Assembly: GCA_964057225.1 (NCBI GenBank)
Contig: CAXKVF010000086.1
Coordinates: 186,001-250,000, forward strand
DNA from: Auanema rhodensis
Taxonomy: Eukaryota; Animalia; Nematoda
DNA: 64,000 nt
Direction of reading: 5' to 3'
The position numbers and the translations under genes were made by a program. Position 1 is the first letter of the stretch. Every line of letters starts with the position of its first letter. The notes under the pieces are model-generated. The model was not told the origin of the DNA. It did no database searches and worked only from the letters and a program-made list of their open reading frames with translations. Positions 28,337 through 44,704 of the stretch are shown piece by piece.

Positions 28337-31300
28337 TGTTTTTAGACTAATATGGACATGGGGAATCTAATTTTGAAAACCGCATCTCTTTATCTTTCAC
28401 GTGAAGCGAGTTACATACCAAGTGCACATCACGTGTACATTTAATTAGCATAAATTAAAGTTCACGTAAATTTCAAAGTCATGGTTACCATGAACCAATA
28501 TCAATAAAAATTTGTTTTTAGACTAATATGGACATGGGGAATCTAATTTTGAAAACCGCATCTCTTTATCTTTCACGTGAAGCGAGTTACATACCAAGTG
28601 CACATCACGTATACATTTAATTAGCATAAATTAAAGTTCACGTAAATTTCAAAGTCATGGTTACCATGAACCAATATCAATAAAAATTTGTTTTTAGACT
28701 AATATGGACATGGGGAATCTAATTTTGAAAACCGCATCTCTTTATCTTTCACGTGAAGCGAGTTACATACCAAGTGCACATCACGTGTACATTTAATTAG
28801 CATAAATTAAAGTTCACGTAAATTTCAAAGTCATGGTTACCATGCACCAATATCAATAAAAATTTGTTTTTAGACTAATATGGACATGGGGAATCTAATT
28901 TTGAAAACCGCATCTCTTTATCTTTCACGTGAAGCGAGTTACATACCAAGTGCACATCACGTGTACATTTAATTAGCATAAATTAAAGTTCACGTAAATT
29001 TCAAAGTCATGGTTACCATGCACCAATATCAATAAAAATTTGTTTTTAGACTAATATTGACATGGGGAATCTAATTTTGAAAACCGCATCTCTTTATCTT
29101 TCACATGAAGCGAGTTACATACCAAGTGCACATCACGTGTACATTTAATTAGCATAAATTAAAGTTCACGTAAATTTCAAAGTCATGGTTACCATGAACC
29201 AATATCAATAAAAATTTGTTTTTAGACTAATATGGACATGGGGAATCTAATTTTGAAAACCGCATCTCTTTATCTTTCACGTGAAGCGAGTTACATACCA
29301 AGTGCACATCACGTGTACATTTAATTAGCATTAATTAAAGTTCACGTAAATTTCAAAGTCATGGTTACCATGAACCAATATCAATAAAAATTTGTTTTTA
29401 GACTAATATGGACATGGGGAATCTAATTTCGAAAACCGCATCTCTTTATCTTTCACGTGAAGCGAGTTACATACCAAGTGCACATCACGTGTACATTTAA
29501 TTAGCATAAATTAAAGTTCACGTAAATTTCAAAGTCATGGTTACCATGCACCAATATCAATAAAAATTTGTTTTTAGACTAATATGGACATGGGGAATCT
29601 AATTTTGAAAACCGCATCTCTTTATCTTTCACGTGAAGCGAGTTACATACCAAGTGCACATCACGTGTACATTTAATTAGCATAAATTAAAGTTCACGTA
29701 AATTTCAAAGTCATGGTTACCATGCACCAATATCAATAAAAATTTGTTTTTAGACTAATATGGACATGGGGAATCTAATTTTGAAAACCGCATCTCTTTA
29801 TCTTTCACGTGAAGCGAGTTACATACCAAGTGCACATCACGTGTACATTTAATTAGCATAAATTAAAGTTCACGTAAATTTCAAAGTCATGGTTACCATG
29901 CACCAATATCAATAAAAATTTGTTTTTAGACTAATATGGACATGGGGAATCTAATTTTGAAAACCGCATCTCTTTATCTTTCACGTGAAGCGAGTTACAT
30001 ACCAAGTGCACATCACGTGTACATTTAATTAGCATAAATTAAAGTTCACGTAAATTTCAAAGTCATGGTTACCATGAACCAATATCAATAAAAATTTGTT
30101 TTTAGACTAATATGGACATGGGGAATCTAATTTTGAAAACCGCATCTCTTTATCTTTCACGTGAAGCGAGTTACATACCAAGTGCACATCACGTATACAT
30201 TTAATTAGCATAAATTAAAGTTCACGTAAATTTCAAAGTCATGGTTACCATGAACCAATATCAATAAAAATTTGTTTTTAGACTAATATGGACATGGGGA
30301 ATCTAATTTTGAAAACCGCATCTCTTTATCTTTCACGTGAAGCGAGTTACATACCAAGTGCACATCACGTGTACATTTAATTAGCATAAATTAAAGTTCA
30401 CGTAAATTTCAAAGTCATGGTTACCATGCACCAATATCAATAAAAATTTGTTTTTAGACTAATATGGACATGGGGAATCTAATTTTGAAAACCGCATCTC
30501 TTTATCTTTCACGTGAAGCGAGTTACATACCAAGTGCACATCACGTGTACATTTAATTAGCATAAATTAAAGTTCACGTAAATTTCAAAGTCATGGTTAC
30601 CATGCACCAATATCAATAAAAATTTGTTTTTAGACTAATATTGACATGGGGAATCTAATTTTGAAAACCGCATCTCTTTATCTTTCACATGAAGCGAGTT
30701 ACATACCAAGTGCACATCACGTGTACATTTAATTAGCATAAATTAAAGTTCACGTAAATTTCAAAGTCATGGTTACCATGAACCAATATCAATAAAAATT
30801 TGTTTTTAGACTAATATGGACATGGGGAATCTAATTTTGAAAACCGCATCTCTTTATCTTTCACGTGAAGCGAGTTACATACCAAGTGCACATCACGTGT
30901 ACATTTAATTAGCATTAATTAAAGTTCACGTAAATTTCAAAGTCATGGTTACCATGAACCAATATCAATAAAAATTTGTTTTTAGACTAATATGGACATG
31001 GGGAATCTAATTTCGAAAACCGCATCTCTTTATCTTTCACGTGAAGCGAGTTACATACCAAGTGCACATCACGTGTACATTTAATTAGCATAAATTAAAG
31101 TTCACGTAAATTTCAAAGTCATGGTTACCATGCACCAATATCAATAAAAATTTGTTTTTAGACTAATATGGACATGGGGAATCTAATTTTGAAAACCGCA
31201 TCTCTTTATCTTTCACGTGAAGCGAGTTACATACCAAGTGCACATCACGTGTACATTTAATTAGCATAAATTAAAGTTCACGTAAATTTCAAAGTCATGG

Positions 31301-31504
31301 TTACCATGCACCAATATCAATAAAAATTTGTTTTTAGACTAATATGGACATGGGGAATCTAATTTTGAAAACCGCATCTCTTTATCTTTCACGTGAAGCG
31401 AGTTACATACCAAGTGCACATCACGTGTACATTTAATTAGCATAAATTAAAGTTCACGTAAATTTCAAAGTCATGGTTACCATGCACCAATATCAATAAA
31501 AATT
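28337..31504 (+). repeat. Tandem duplication of 9 monomers (1584 bp)
   Basis: G99A 28611/30195, G18T 29058/30642, A116T 29332/30916, T38C 29430/31014. Confidence 0.9.
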
Positions 31505-34500
31505 TGTTTTTAGACTAATATGGACATGGGGAATCTAATTTTGAAAACCGCATCTCTTTATCTTTCACGTGAAGCGAGTTACATACCAAGTGCACATCAC
31601 GTGTACATTTAATTAGCATAAATTAAAGTTCACGTAAATTTCAAAGTCATGGTTACCATGAACCAATATCAATAAAAATTTGTTTTTAGACTAATATGGA
31701 CATGGGGAATCTAATTTTGAAAACCGCATCTCTTTATCTTTCATGTGAAGCGAGTTACATACCAAGTGCACATCACGTGTACATTTAATTAGCATAAATT
31801 AAAGTTCACGTAAATTTCAAAGTCATGGTTACCATGCACCAATATCAATAAAAATTTGTATTTAGACTAATATGGACATGGGGAATCTAATTTTGAAAAC
31901 CGCATCTCTTTATCTTTCACGTGAAGCGAGTTACATACCAAGTGCACATCACGTGTACATTTAATTAGCATAAATTAAAGTTCACGTAAATTTCAAAGTC
32001 ATGGTTACCATGCACCAATATCAATAAAAATTTGTTTTTAGACTAATATGGACATGGGGAATCTAATTTTGAAAACCGCATCTCTTTATCTTTCACGTGA
32101 AGCGAGTTACATACCAAGTGCACATCACGTGTACATTTAATTAGCATAAATTAAAGTTCACGTAAATTTCAAAGTCATGGTTACCATGCACCAATATCAA
32201 TAAAAATTTGTTTTTAGACTAATATGGACATGGGGAATCTAATTTTGAAAACCGCATCTCTTTATCTTTCACGTGAAGCGAGTTACATACCAAGTGCACA
32301 TCACGTATACATTTAATTAGCATAAATTAAAGTTCACGTAAATTTCAAAGTCATGGTTACCATGAACCAATATCAATAAAAATTTGTTTTTAGACTAATA
32401 TGGACATGGGGAATCTAATTTTGAAAACCGCATCTCTTTATCTTTCATGTGAAGCGAGTTACATACCAAGTGCACATCACGTGTACATTTAATTAGCATA
32501 AATTAAAGTTCACGTAAATTTCAAAGTCATGGTTACCATGCACCAATATCAATAAAAATTTGTTTTTAGACTAATATGGACATGGGGAATCTAATTTTGA
32601 AAACCGCATCTCTTTATCTTTCACGTGAAGCGAGTTACATACCAAGTGCACATCACGTGTACATTTAATTAGCATAAATTAAAGTTCACGTAAATTTCAA
32701 AGTCATGGTTACCATGAACCAATATCAATAAAAATTTGTTTTTAGACTAATATGGACATGGGGAATCTAATTTTGAAAACCGCATCTCTTTATCTTTCAC
32801 GTGAAGCGAGTTACATACCAAGTGCACATCACGTGTACATTTAATTAGCATAAATTAAAGTTCACGTAAATTTCAAAGTCATGGTTACCATGAACCAATA
32901 TCAATAAAAATTTGTTTTTAGACTAATATGGACATGGGGAATCTAATTTTGAAAACCGCATCTCTTTATCTTTCACGTGAAGCAAGTTACATACCAAGTG
33001 CACATCACGTGTACATTTAATTAGCATAAATTAAAGTTCACGTAAATTTCAAAGTCATGGTTACCATGCACCAATATCAATAAAAATTTGTTTTTAGACT
33101 AATATGGACATGGGGAATCTAATTTTGAAAACCGCATCTCTTTATCTTTCACGTGAAGCGAGTTACATACCAAGTGCACATCACGTGTACATTTAATTAG
33201 CATGAATTAAAGTTCACGTAAATTTCAAAGTCATGGTTACCATGAACCAATATCAATAAAAATTTGTTTTTAGACTAATATGGACATGGGGAATCTAATT
33301 TTGAAAACCGCATCTCTTTATCTTTCACGTGAAGAGAGTTACATACCAAGTGCACATCACGTGTACATTTAATTAGCATAAATTAAAGTTCACGTAAATT
33401 TCAAAGTCATGGTTACCATGCACCAATATCAATAAAAATTTGTTTTTAGACTAATATGGACATGGGGAATCTAATTTTGAAAACCGCATCTCTTTATCTT
33501 TCACGTGGAGCGAGTTACATACCAAGTGCACATCACGTGTACATTTAATTAGCATAAATTAAAGTTCACGTAAATTTCAAAGTCATGGTTACCATGCACC
33601 AATATCAATAAAAATTTGTTTTTAGACTAATATGGACATGGGGAATCTAATTTTGAAAACCGCATCTCTTTATCTTTCACGTGAAGCGAGTTACATACCA
33701 AGTGCACATCACGTGTACATTTAATTAGCATGAATTAAAGTTCACGTAAATTTCAAAGTCATGGTTACCATGCACCAATATCAATAAAAATTTGTTTTTA
33801 GACTAATATGGACATGGGGAATCTAATTTTGAAAACCGCATCTCTTTATCTTTCACGTGAAGAGAGTTACATACCAAGTGCACATCACGTGTACATTTAA
33901 TTAGCATAAATTAAAGTTCACGTAAATTTCAAAGTCATGGTTACCATGCACCAATATCAATAAAAATTTGTTTTTAGACTAATATGGACATGGGGAATCT
34001 AATTTTGAAAACCGCATCTCTTTATCTTTCACGTGAAGCGAGTTACATACCAAGTGCACATCACGTGTACATTTAATTAGCATAAATTAAAGTTCACGTA
34101 AATTTCAAAGTCATGGTTACCATGCACCAATATCAATAAAAATTTGTTTTTAGACTAATATGGACATGGGGAATCTAATTTTGAAAACCGCATCTCTTTA
34201 TCTTTCACGTGGAGCGAGTTACATACCAAGTGCACATCACGTGTACATTTAATTAGCATAAATTAAAGTTCACGTAAATTTCAAAGTCATGGTTACCATG
34301 AACCAATATCAATAAAAATTTGTTTTTAGACTAATATGGACATGGGGAATCTAATTTTGAAAACCGCATCTCTTTATCTTTCACGTGAAGCGAGTTACAT
34401 ACCAAGTGCACATCACGTGTACATTTAATTAGCATAAATTAAAGTTCACGTAAATTTCAAAGTCATGGTTACCATGAACCAATATCAATAAAAATTTGTT

Positions 34501-35200
34501 TTTAGACTAATATGGACATGGGGAATCTAATTTTGAAAACCGCATCTCTTTATCTTTCACGTGAAGCGAGTTACATACCAAGTGCACATCACGTGTACAT
34601 TTAATTAGCATAAATTAAAGTTCACGTAAATTTCAAAGTCATGGTTACCATGAACCAATATCAATAAAAATTTGTTTTTAGACTAATATGGACATGGGGA
34701 ATCTAATTTTGAAAACCGCATCTCTTTATCTTTCACGTGAAGCGAGTTACATACCAAGTGCACATCACGTGTACATTTAATTAGCATAAATTAAAGTTCA
34801 CGTAAATTTCAAAGTCATGGTTACCATGCACCAATATCAATAAAAATTTGTTTTTAGACTAATATGGACATGGGGAATCTAATTTTGAAAACCGCATCTC
34901 TTTATCTTTCACGTGAAGCGAGTTACATACCAAGTGCACATCACGTGTACATTTAATTAGCATAAATTAAAGTTCACGTAAATTTCAAAGTCATGGTTAC
35001 CATGCACCAATATCAATAAAAATTTGTTTTTAGACTAATATGGACATGGGGAATCTAATTTTGAAAACCGCATCTCTTTATCTTTCACGTGGAGCGAGTT
35101 ACATACCAAGTGCACATCACGTGTACATTTAATTAGCATAAATTAAAGTTCACGTAAATTTCAAAGTCATGGTTACCATGAACCAATATCAATAAAAATT

Positions 35201-38200
35201 TGTTTTTAGACTAATATGGACATGGGGAATCTAATTTTGAAAACCGCATCTCTTTATCTTTCACGTGAAGCGAGTTACATACCAAGTGCACATCACGTGT
35301 ACATTTAATTAGCATAAATTAAAGTTCACGTAAATTTCAAAGTCATGGTTACCATGAACCAATATCAATAAAAAGTTGTTTTTAGACTAATATGGACATG
35401 TGGAATCTAATTTTGAAAACCGCATCTCTTTATCTTTCACGTGAAGAGAGTTACATACCAAGTGCACATCACGTGTACATTTAATTAGCATAAATTAAAG
35501 TTCACGTAAATTTCAAAGTCATGGTTACCATGCACCAATATCAATAAAAATTTGTTTTTAGACTAATATGGACATGGGGAATCTAATTTTGAAAACCGCA
35601 TCTCTTTATCTTTCACGTGAAGCGAGTTACATACCAAGTGCACATCACGTGAACATTTAATTAGCATAAATTAAAGTTCACGTAAATTTCAAAGTCATGG
35701 TTACCATGCACCAATATCAATAAAAATTTGTTTTTAGACTAATATGGACATGGGGAATCTAATTTTGAAAACCGCATCTCTTTATCTTTCACGTGAAGCG
35801 AGTTACATACCAAGTGCACATCACGTGTACATTTAATTAGCATAAATTAAAGTTCACGTAAATTTCAAAGTCATGGTTACCATGAACCAATATCAATAAA
35901 AATTTGTTTTTAGACTAATATGGACATGGGGAATCTAATTTTGAAAACCGCATCTCTTTATCTTTCACGTGAAGCGAGTTACATACCAAGTGCACATCAC
36001 GTGTACATTTAATTAGCATAAATTAAAGTTCACGTAAATTTCAAAGTCATGGTTACCATGCACCAATATCAATAAAAATTTGTTTTTAGACTAATATGGA
36101 CATGGGGAATCTAATTTTGAAAACCGCATCTCTTTATCTTTCACGTGAAGCGAGTTACATACCAAGTGCACATCACGTGTACATTTAATTAGCATAAATT
36201 AAAGTTCACGTAAATTTCAAAGTCATGGTTACCATGCACCAATATCAATAAAAATTTGTTTTTAGACTAATATGGACATGGGGAATCTAATTTTGAAAAC
36301 CGCATCTCTTTATCTTTCACGTGAAGCGAGTTACATACCAAGTGCACATCACGTGTACATTTAATTAGCATAAATTAAAGTTCACGTAAATTTCAAATTC
36401 ATGGTTACCATGAACCAATATCAATAAAAAGTTGTTTTTAGACTAATATGGACATGGGGAATCTAATTTTGAAAACCGCATCTCTTTATCTTTCACGTGA
36501 AGAGAGTTACATACCAAGTGCACATCACGTGTACATTTAATTAGCATAAATTAAAGTTCACGTAAATTTCAAAGTCATGGTTACCATGCACCAATATCAA
36601 TAAAAATTTGTTTTTAGACTAATATGGACATGGGGAATCTAATTTTGAAAACCGCATCTCTTTATCTTTCACGTGAAGCGAGTTACATACCAAGTGCACA
36701 TCACGTGAACATTTAATTAGCATAAATTAAAGTTCACGTAAATTTCAAAGTCATGGTTACCATGCACCAATATCAATACAAATTTGTTTTTAGACTAATA
36801 TGGACATGGGGAATCTAATTTTGAAAACCGCATCTCTTTATCTTTCACGTGAAGCAAGTTACATACCAAGTGCACATCACGTGTACATTTAATTAGCATA
36901 AATTAAAGTTCACGTAAATTTCAAAGTCATGGTTACCATGCACCAATATCAATAAAAATTTGTTTTTAGACTAATATGGACATGGGGAATCTAATTTTGA
37001 AAACCGCATCTCTTTATCTTTCACGTGAAGCGAGTTACATACCAAGTGCACATCACGTGTACATTTAATTAGCATAAATTAAAGTTCACGTAAATTTCAA
37101 AGTCATGGTTACCATGCACCAATATCAATAAAAATTTGTTTTTAGACTAATATGGACATGGGGAATCTAATTTTGAAAACCGCATCTTTTTATCTTTCAC
37201 GTGAAGCGAGTTACATACCAAGTGCACATCACGTATACATTTAATTAGCATAAATTAAAGTTCACGTAAATTTCAAAGTCATGGTTACCATGAACCAATA
37301 TCAATAAAAATTTGTTTTTAGACTAATATGGACATGGGGAATCTAATTTTGAAAACCGCATCTCTTTATCTTTCACGTGAAGCGAGTTACATACCAAGTG
37401 CACATCACGTGTACATTTAATTAGCATAAATTAAAGTTCACGTAAATTTCAAAGTCATGGTTACCATGCACCAATATCAATAAAAATTTGTTTTTAGACT
37501 AATATGGACATGGGGAATCTAATTTTGAAAACCGCATTTCTTCATCTTTCGCGTGAAGCGAGTTACATACCAAGTGCACATCACGTGTACATTTAATTAG
37601 CATAAATTAAAGTTCACGTAAATTTCAAAGTCATGGTTACCATGCACCAATATCAATAAAAATTTGTTTTTAGACTAATATGGACATGGGGAATCTAATT
37701 TTGAAAACCGCATCTCTTTATCTTTCACGTGAAGCGAGTTACATACCAAGTGCACATCACGTGTACATTTAATTAGCATAAATTAAAGTTCACGTAAATT
37801 TCAAAGTCATGGTTACCATGCACCAATATCAATAAAAATTTGTTTTTAGACTAATATGGACATGGGGAATCTAATTTTGAAAACCGCATCTCTTTATCTT
37901 TCACGTGAAGCGAGTTACATACCAAGTGCACATCACGTGTACATTTAATTAGCATAAATTAAAGTTCACGTAAATTTCAAAGTCATGGTTACCATGAACC
38001 AATATCAATAAAAATTTGTTTTTAGACTAATATGGACATGGGGAATCTAATTTTGAAAACCGCATCTCTTTATCTTTCACGTGAAGAGAGTTACATACCA
38101 AGTGCACATCACGTGTACATTTAATTAGCATAAATTAAAGTTCACGTAAATTTCAAAGTCATGGTTACCATGCACCAATATCAATAAAAATTTGTTTTTA

Positions 38201-38720
38201 GACTAATATGGACATGGGGAATCTAATTTTGAAAACCGCATCTCTTTATCTTTCACGTGAAGCGAGTTACATACCAAGTGCACATCACGTGTACATTTAA
38301 TTAGCATAAATTAAAGTTCACGTAAATTTCAAATTCATGGTTACCATGAACCAATATCAATAAAAAGTTGTTTTTAGACTAATATGGACATGGGGAATCT
38401 AATTTTGAAAACCGCATCTCTTTATCTTTCACGTGAAGAGAGTTACATACCAAGTGCACATCACGTGTACATTTAATTAGCATAAATTAAAGTTCACGTA
38501 AATTTCAAAGTCATGGTTACCATGCACCAATATCAATAAAAATTTGTTTTTAGACTAATATGGACATGGGGAATCTAATTTTGAAAACCGCATCTCTTTA
38601 TCTTTCACGTGAAGCGAGTTACATACCAAGTGCACATCACGTGAACATTTAATTAGCATAAATTAAAGTTCACGTAAATTTCAAAGTCATGGTTACCATG
38701 CACCAATATCAATAAAAATT
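35201..38720 (+). repeat. Three-monomer haplotype (T175G / C71A / T100A) in three copies, offsets 6 and 11 monomers
   Basis: T175G 35375/36431/38367; T100A 35652/36708/38644; G142T only in copies 2 and 3 (36398/38334). Confidence 0.85.
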
Positions 38721-41536
38721 TGTTTTTGGACTAATATGGACATGGGGAATCTAATTTTGAAAACCGCATCTCTTTATCTTTCACGTGAAGCGAGTTACAT
38801 ACCAAGTGCACATCACGTGTACATTTAATTAGCATAAATTAAAGTTCACGTAAATTTCAAAGTCATGGTTACCATGCACCAATATCAATAAAAATTTGTT
38901 TTTAGACTAATATGGACATGGGGAATCTAATTTTGAAAACCGCATCTCTTTATCTTTCACGTGAAGCGAGTTACATACCAAGTGCACATCACGTATACAT
39001 TTAATTAGCATAAATTAAAGTTCACGTAAATTTCAAAGTCATGGTTACCATGAACCAATATCAATAAAAATTTGTTTTTAGACTAATATGGACATGGGGA
39101 ATCTAATTTTGAAAACCGCATCTCTTTATCTTTCACGTGAAGCGAGTTACATACCAAGTGCACATCACGTGTACATTTAATTAGCATAAATTAAAGTTCA
39201 CGTAAATTTCAAAGTCATGGTTACCATGCACCAATATCAATAAAAATTTGTTTTTAGACTAATATGGACATGGGGAATCTAATTTTGAAAACCGCATCTC
39301 TTCATCTTTCACGTGAAGCGAGTTACATACCAAGTGCACATCACGTGTACATTTAATTAGCATAAATTAAAGTTCACGTAAATTTCAAAGTCATGGTTAC
39401 CATGCACCAATATCAATAAAAATTTGTTTTTAGACTAATATGGACATGGGGAATCTAATTTGGAAAACCGCATCTTTTTATCTTTCACGTGAAGCGAGTT
39501 ACATACCAAGTGCACATCACGTGTACATTTAATTAGCATAAATTAAAGTTCACGTAAATTTCAAAGTCATGGTTACCATGCACCAATATCAATAAAAATT
39601 TGTTTTTAGACTAATATGGACATGGGAAATCTAATTTTGAAAACCGCATCTCTTTATCTTTCACGTGAAGCGAGTTACATACCAAGTGCACATCACGTGT
39701 ACATTTAATTAGCATAAATTAAAGTTCACGTAAATTTCAAAGTCATGGTTACCATGCACCAATATCAATAAAAATTTGTTTTTAGACTAATATGGACATG
39801 GGGAATCTAATTTTGAAAACCGCATCTCTTCATCTTTCACGTGAAGCGAGTTGCATACCAAGTGCACATCACGTGTACATTTAATTAGCATAAATTAAAG
39901 TTCACGTAAATTTCAAAGTCATGGTTACCATGCACCAATATCAATAAAAATTTGTTTTTAGACTAATATGGACATGGGGAATCTAATTTTGAAAACCGCA
40001 TCTCTTTATCTTTCACGTGAAGCGAGTTACATACCAAGTGCACATCACGTGTACATTTAATTAGCATAAATTAAAGTTCACGTAAATTTTAAAGTCATGG
40101 TTACCATGAACCAATATCAATAAAAATTTGTTTTTAGACTAATATGGACATGGGGAATCTAATATTGAAAACCGCATCTCTTTATCTTTCACGTGAAGCG
40201 AGTTACATACCAAGTGCACATCACGTGTACATTTAATTAGCATAAATTAAAGTTCACGTAAATTTCAAAGTCATGGTTACCATGCACCAATATAAATAAA
40301 AATTTGTTTTTAGACTAATATGGACATGGGGAATCTAATTTTGAAAACCGCATCTCTTTATCTTTCACGTGAAGCGAGTTATATACCAAGTGCACATCAC
40401 GTGTACATTTAATTAGCATAAATTAAAGTTCACGTAAATTTCAAAGTCATGGTTACCATGAAGCAATATCAATAAAAATTTGTTTTTAGACTAATATGGA
40501 CATGGGGAATCTAATTTTGAAAACCGCATCTCTTTATCTCTCACGTGAAGCGAGTTACATACCAAGTGCACATCACGTGTACATTTAATTAGCATAAATT
40601 AAAGTTCACGTAAATTTCAAAGTCATGGTTACCATGAACCAATATCAATAAAAATTTGTTTTTAGACTAATATGGACATGGGGAATCTAATTTTGAAAAC
40701 CGCATCTCTTTATCTTTCACGTGAAGCGAGTTACATACCAAGTGCACATCACGTGTACATTTAATTAGCATAAATTAAAGTTCACGTAAATTTCAAAGTC
40801 ATGGTTACCATGCACCAATATCAATAAAAATTTGTTTTTAGACTAATATGGACATGGGGAATCTAATTTTGAAAACCGCATCTCTTTATCTTTCACGTGA
40901 AGCGAGTTACATACCAAGTGCACATCACGTGTACATTTAATTAGCATAAATTAAAGTTCACGTAAATTTCAAAGTCATGGTTACCATGAACCAATATCAA
41001 CAAAAATTTGTTTTTAGACTAATATGGACATGGGGAATCTAATTTTGAAAACCGCATCTCTTTATCTTTCACGTGAAGCGAGTTACATACCAAGTGCACA
41101 TCACGTATACATTTAATTAGCATAAATTAAAGTTCACGTAAATTTCAAAGTCATGGTTACCATGAACCAATATCAATAAAAATTTGTTTTTAGACTAATA
41201 TGGACATGGGGAATCTAATTTTGAAAACCGCATCTCTTTATCTTTCACGTGAAGCGAGTTACATACCAAGTGCACATCACGTGTACATTTAATTAGCATA
41301 AATTAAAGTTCACGTAAATTTCAAAGTCATGGTTACCATGCACCAATATCAATAAAAATTTGTTTTTAGACTAATATGGACATGGGGAATCTAATTTTAA
41401 AAACCGCATCTCTTCATCTTTCACGTGAAGCGAGTTACATACCAAGTGCACATCACGTGTACATTTAATTAGCATAAATTAAAGTTCACGTAAATTTCAA
41501 AGTCATGGTTACCATGCACCAATATCAATAAAAATT

Positions 41537-44500
41537 TGTTTTTAGACTAATATGGACATGGGGAATCTAATTTTGAAAACCGCATCTCTTTATCTTTCAC
41601 GTGAAGCGAGTTACATACCAAGTGCACATCACGTGTACATTTAATTAGCATAAATTAAAGTTCACGTAAATTTCAAAGTCATGGTTACCATGCACCAATA
41701 TCAATAAAAATTTGTTTTTAGACTAATATGGACATGGGGAATCTAATTTTGAAAACCGCATCTCTTTATCTTTCACGTGAAGCGAGTTACATACCAAGTG
41801 CACATCACGTGTACATTTAATTAGCATAAATTAAAGTTCACGTAAATTTCAAAGTCATGGTTACCATGAACCAATATCAATAAAAATTTGTTTTTAGACT
41901 AATATGGACATGGGGAATCTAATTTTGAAAACCGCATCTCTTTATTTTTCACGTGAAGCGAGTTACATACCAAGTGCACATCACGTGTACATTTAATTAG
42001 CATAAATTAAAGTTCACGTAAATTTCAAAGTCATGGTTACCATGAACCAATATCAATAAAAATTTGTTTTTAGACTAATATGGACATGGGGAATCTAATT
42101 TTGAAAACCGCATCTCTTTATCTTTCACGTGAAGCGAGTTACATACCAAGTGCACATCACGTGTACATTTAATTAGCATAAATTAAAGTTCACGTAAATT
42201 TCAAAGTCATGGTTACCATGCACCAATATCAATAAAAATTTGTTTTTAGACTAATATGGACATGGGGAATCTAATTTTGAAAACCGCATCTCTTCATCTT
42301 TCACGTGAAGCGAGTTACATACCAAGTGCACATCACGTGTACATTTAATTAGCATAAATTAAAGTTCACGTAAATTTCAAAGTCATGGTTACCATTCACC
42401 AATATCAATAAAAATTTGTTTTTAGACTAATATGGACATGGGGAATCTAATTTTGAAAACCGCATCTCTTCATCTTTTACGTGAAGCGAGTTACATACCA
42501 AGTGCACATCACGTGTACATTTAATTAGCATAAATTAAAGTTCACGTAAATTTCAAAGTCATGGTTACCATGAACCAATATCAATAAAAATTTGTTTTTA
42601 GACTAATATGGACATGGGGAATCTAATTTTGAAAACCGCATCTCTTTATCTTTCACGTGAAGCGAGTTATATACCAAGTGCACATCACGTGTACATTTAA
42701 TTAGCATAAATTAAAGTACACGTAAATTTCAAAGTCATGGTTACCATGAACCAATATCAATAAAAATTTGTTTTTAGACTAATATGGACATGGGGAATCT
42801 AATTTTGAAAACCGCATCTCTTTATCTTTCACGTGAAGCGAGTTACATACCAAGTGCACATCACGTGTACATTTAATTAGCATAAATTAAAGTTCACGTA
42901 AATTTCAAAGTCATGGTTACCATGCACCAATATCAATAAAAATTTGTTTTTAGACTAATATGGACATGGGGAATCTAATTTTGAAAACCGCATCTCTTTA
43001 TCTTTCACGTGAAGCGAGTTACATACCAAGTGCACATCACGTGTACATTTAATTAGCATAAATTAAAGTTCACGTAAATTTCAAAGTCATGGTTACCATG
43101 AACCAATATCAATAAAAATTTGTTTTTAGACTAATATGGACATGGGGAATCTAATTTTGAAAACCGCATCTCTTTATCTTTCACGTGAAGCGAGTTACAT
43201 ACCAAGTGCACATCACGTGTACATTTAATTAGCATAAATTAAAGTTCACGTAAATTTCAAAGTCATGGTTACCATGCACCAATATCAATAAAAATTTGTT
43301 TTTAGACTAATATGGACATGGGGAATCTAATTTTGAAAACCGCATCTCTTTATCTTTCACGTGAAGCGAGTTACATACCAAGTGCACATCACGTGTACAT
43401 TTAATTAGCATAAATTAAAGTTCACGTAAATTTCAAAGTCATGGTTACCATGAACCAATATCAATAAAAATTTGTTTTTAGACTAATATGGACATGGGGA
43501 ATCTAATTTTGAAAACCGCATCTCTTTATTTTTCACGTGAAGCGAGTTACATACCAAGTGCACATCACGTGTACATTTAATTAGCATAAATTAAAGTTCA
43601 CGTAAATTTCAAAGTCATGGTTACCATGAACCAATATCAATAAAAATTTGTTTTTAGACTAATATGGACATGGGGAATCTAATTTTGAAAACCGCATCTC
43701 TTTATCTTTCACGTGAAGCGAGTTACATACCAAGTGCACATCACGTGTACATTTAATTAGCATAAATTAAAGTTCACGTAAATTTCAAAGTCATGGTTAC
43801 CATGCACCAATATCAATAAAAATTTGTTTTTAGACTAATATGGACATGGGGAATCTAATTTTGAAAACCGCATCTCTTCATCTTTCACGTGAAGCGAGTT
43901 ACATACCAAGTGCACATCACGTGTACATTTAATTAGCATAAATTAAAGTTCACGTAAATTTCAAAGTCATGGTTACCATTCACCAATATCAATAAAAATT
44001 TGTTTTTAGACTAATATGGACATGGGGAATCTAATTTTGAAAACCGCATCTCTTCATCTTTTACGTGAAGCGAGTTACATACCAAGTGCACATCACGTGT
44101 ACATTTAATTAGCATAAATTAAAGTTCACGTAAATTTCAAAGTCATGGTTACCATGAACCAATATCAATAAAAATTTGTTTTTAGACTAATATGGACATG
44201 GGGAATCTAATTTTGAAAACCGCATCTCTTTATCTTTCACGTGAAGCGAGTTATATACCAAGTGCACATCACGTGTACATTTAATTAGCATAAATTAAAG
44301 TACACGTAAATTTCAAAGTCATGGTTACCATGAACCAATATCAATAAAAATTTGTTTTTAGACTAATATGGACATGGGGAATCTAATTTTGAAAACCGCA
44401 TCTCTTTATCTTTCACGTGAAGCGAGTTACATACCAAGTGCACATCACGTGTACATTTAATTAGCATAAATTAAAGTTCACGTAAATTTCAAAGTCATGG

Positions 44501-44704
44501 TTACCATGCACCAATATCAATAAAAATTTGTTTTTAGACTAATATGGACATGGGGAATCTAATTTTGAAAACCGCATCTCTTTATCTTTCACGTGAAGCG
44601 AGTTACATACCAAGTGCACATCACGTGTACATTTAATTAGCATAAATTAAAGTTCACGTAAATTTCAAAGTCATGGTTACCATGAACCAATATCAATAAA
44701 AATT
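41537..44704 (+). repeat. Tandem duplication of 9 monomers (1584 bp)
   Basis: C58T 41946/43530, G156T 42396/43980, C62T 42478/44062, C78T 42670/44254, T126A 42718/44302. Confidence 0.92.
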
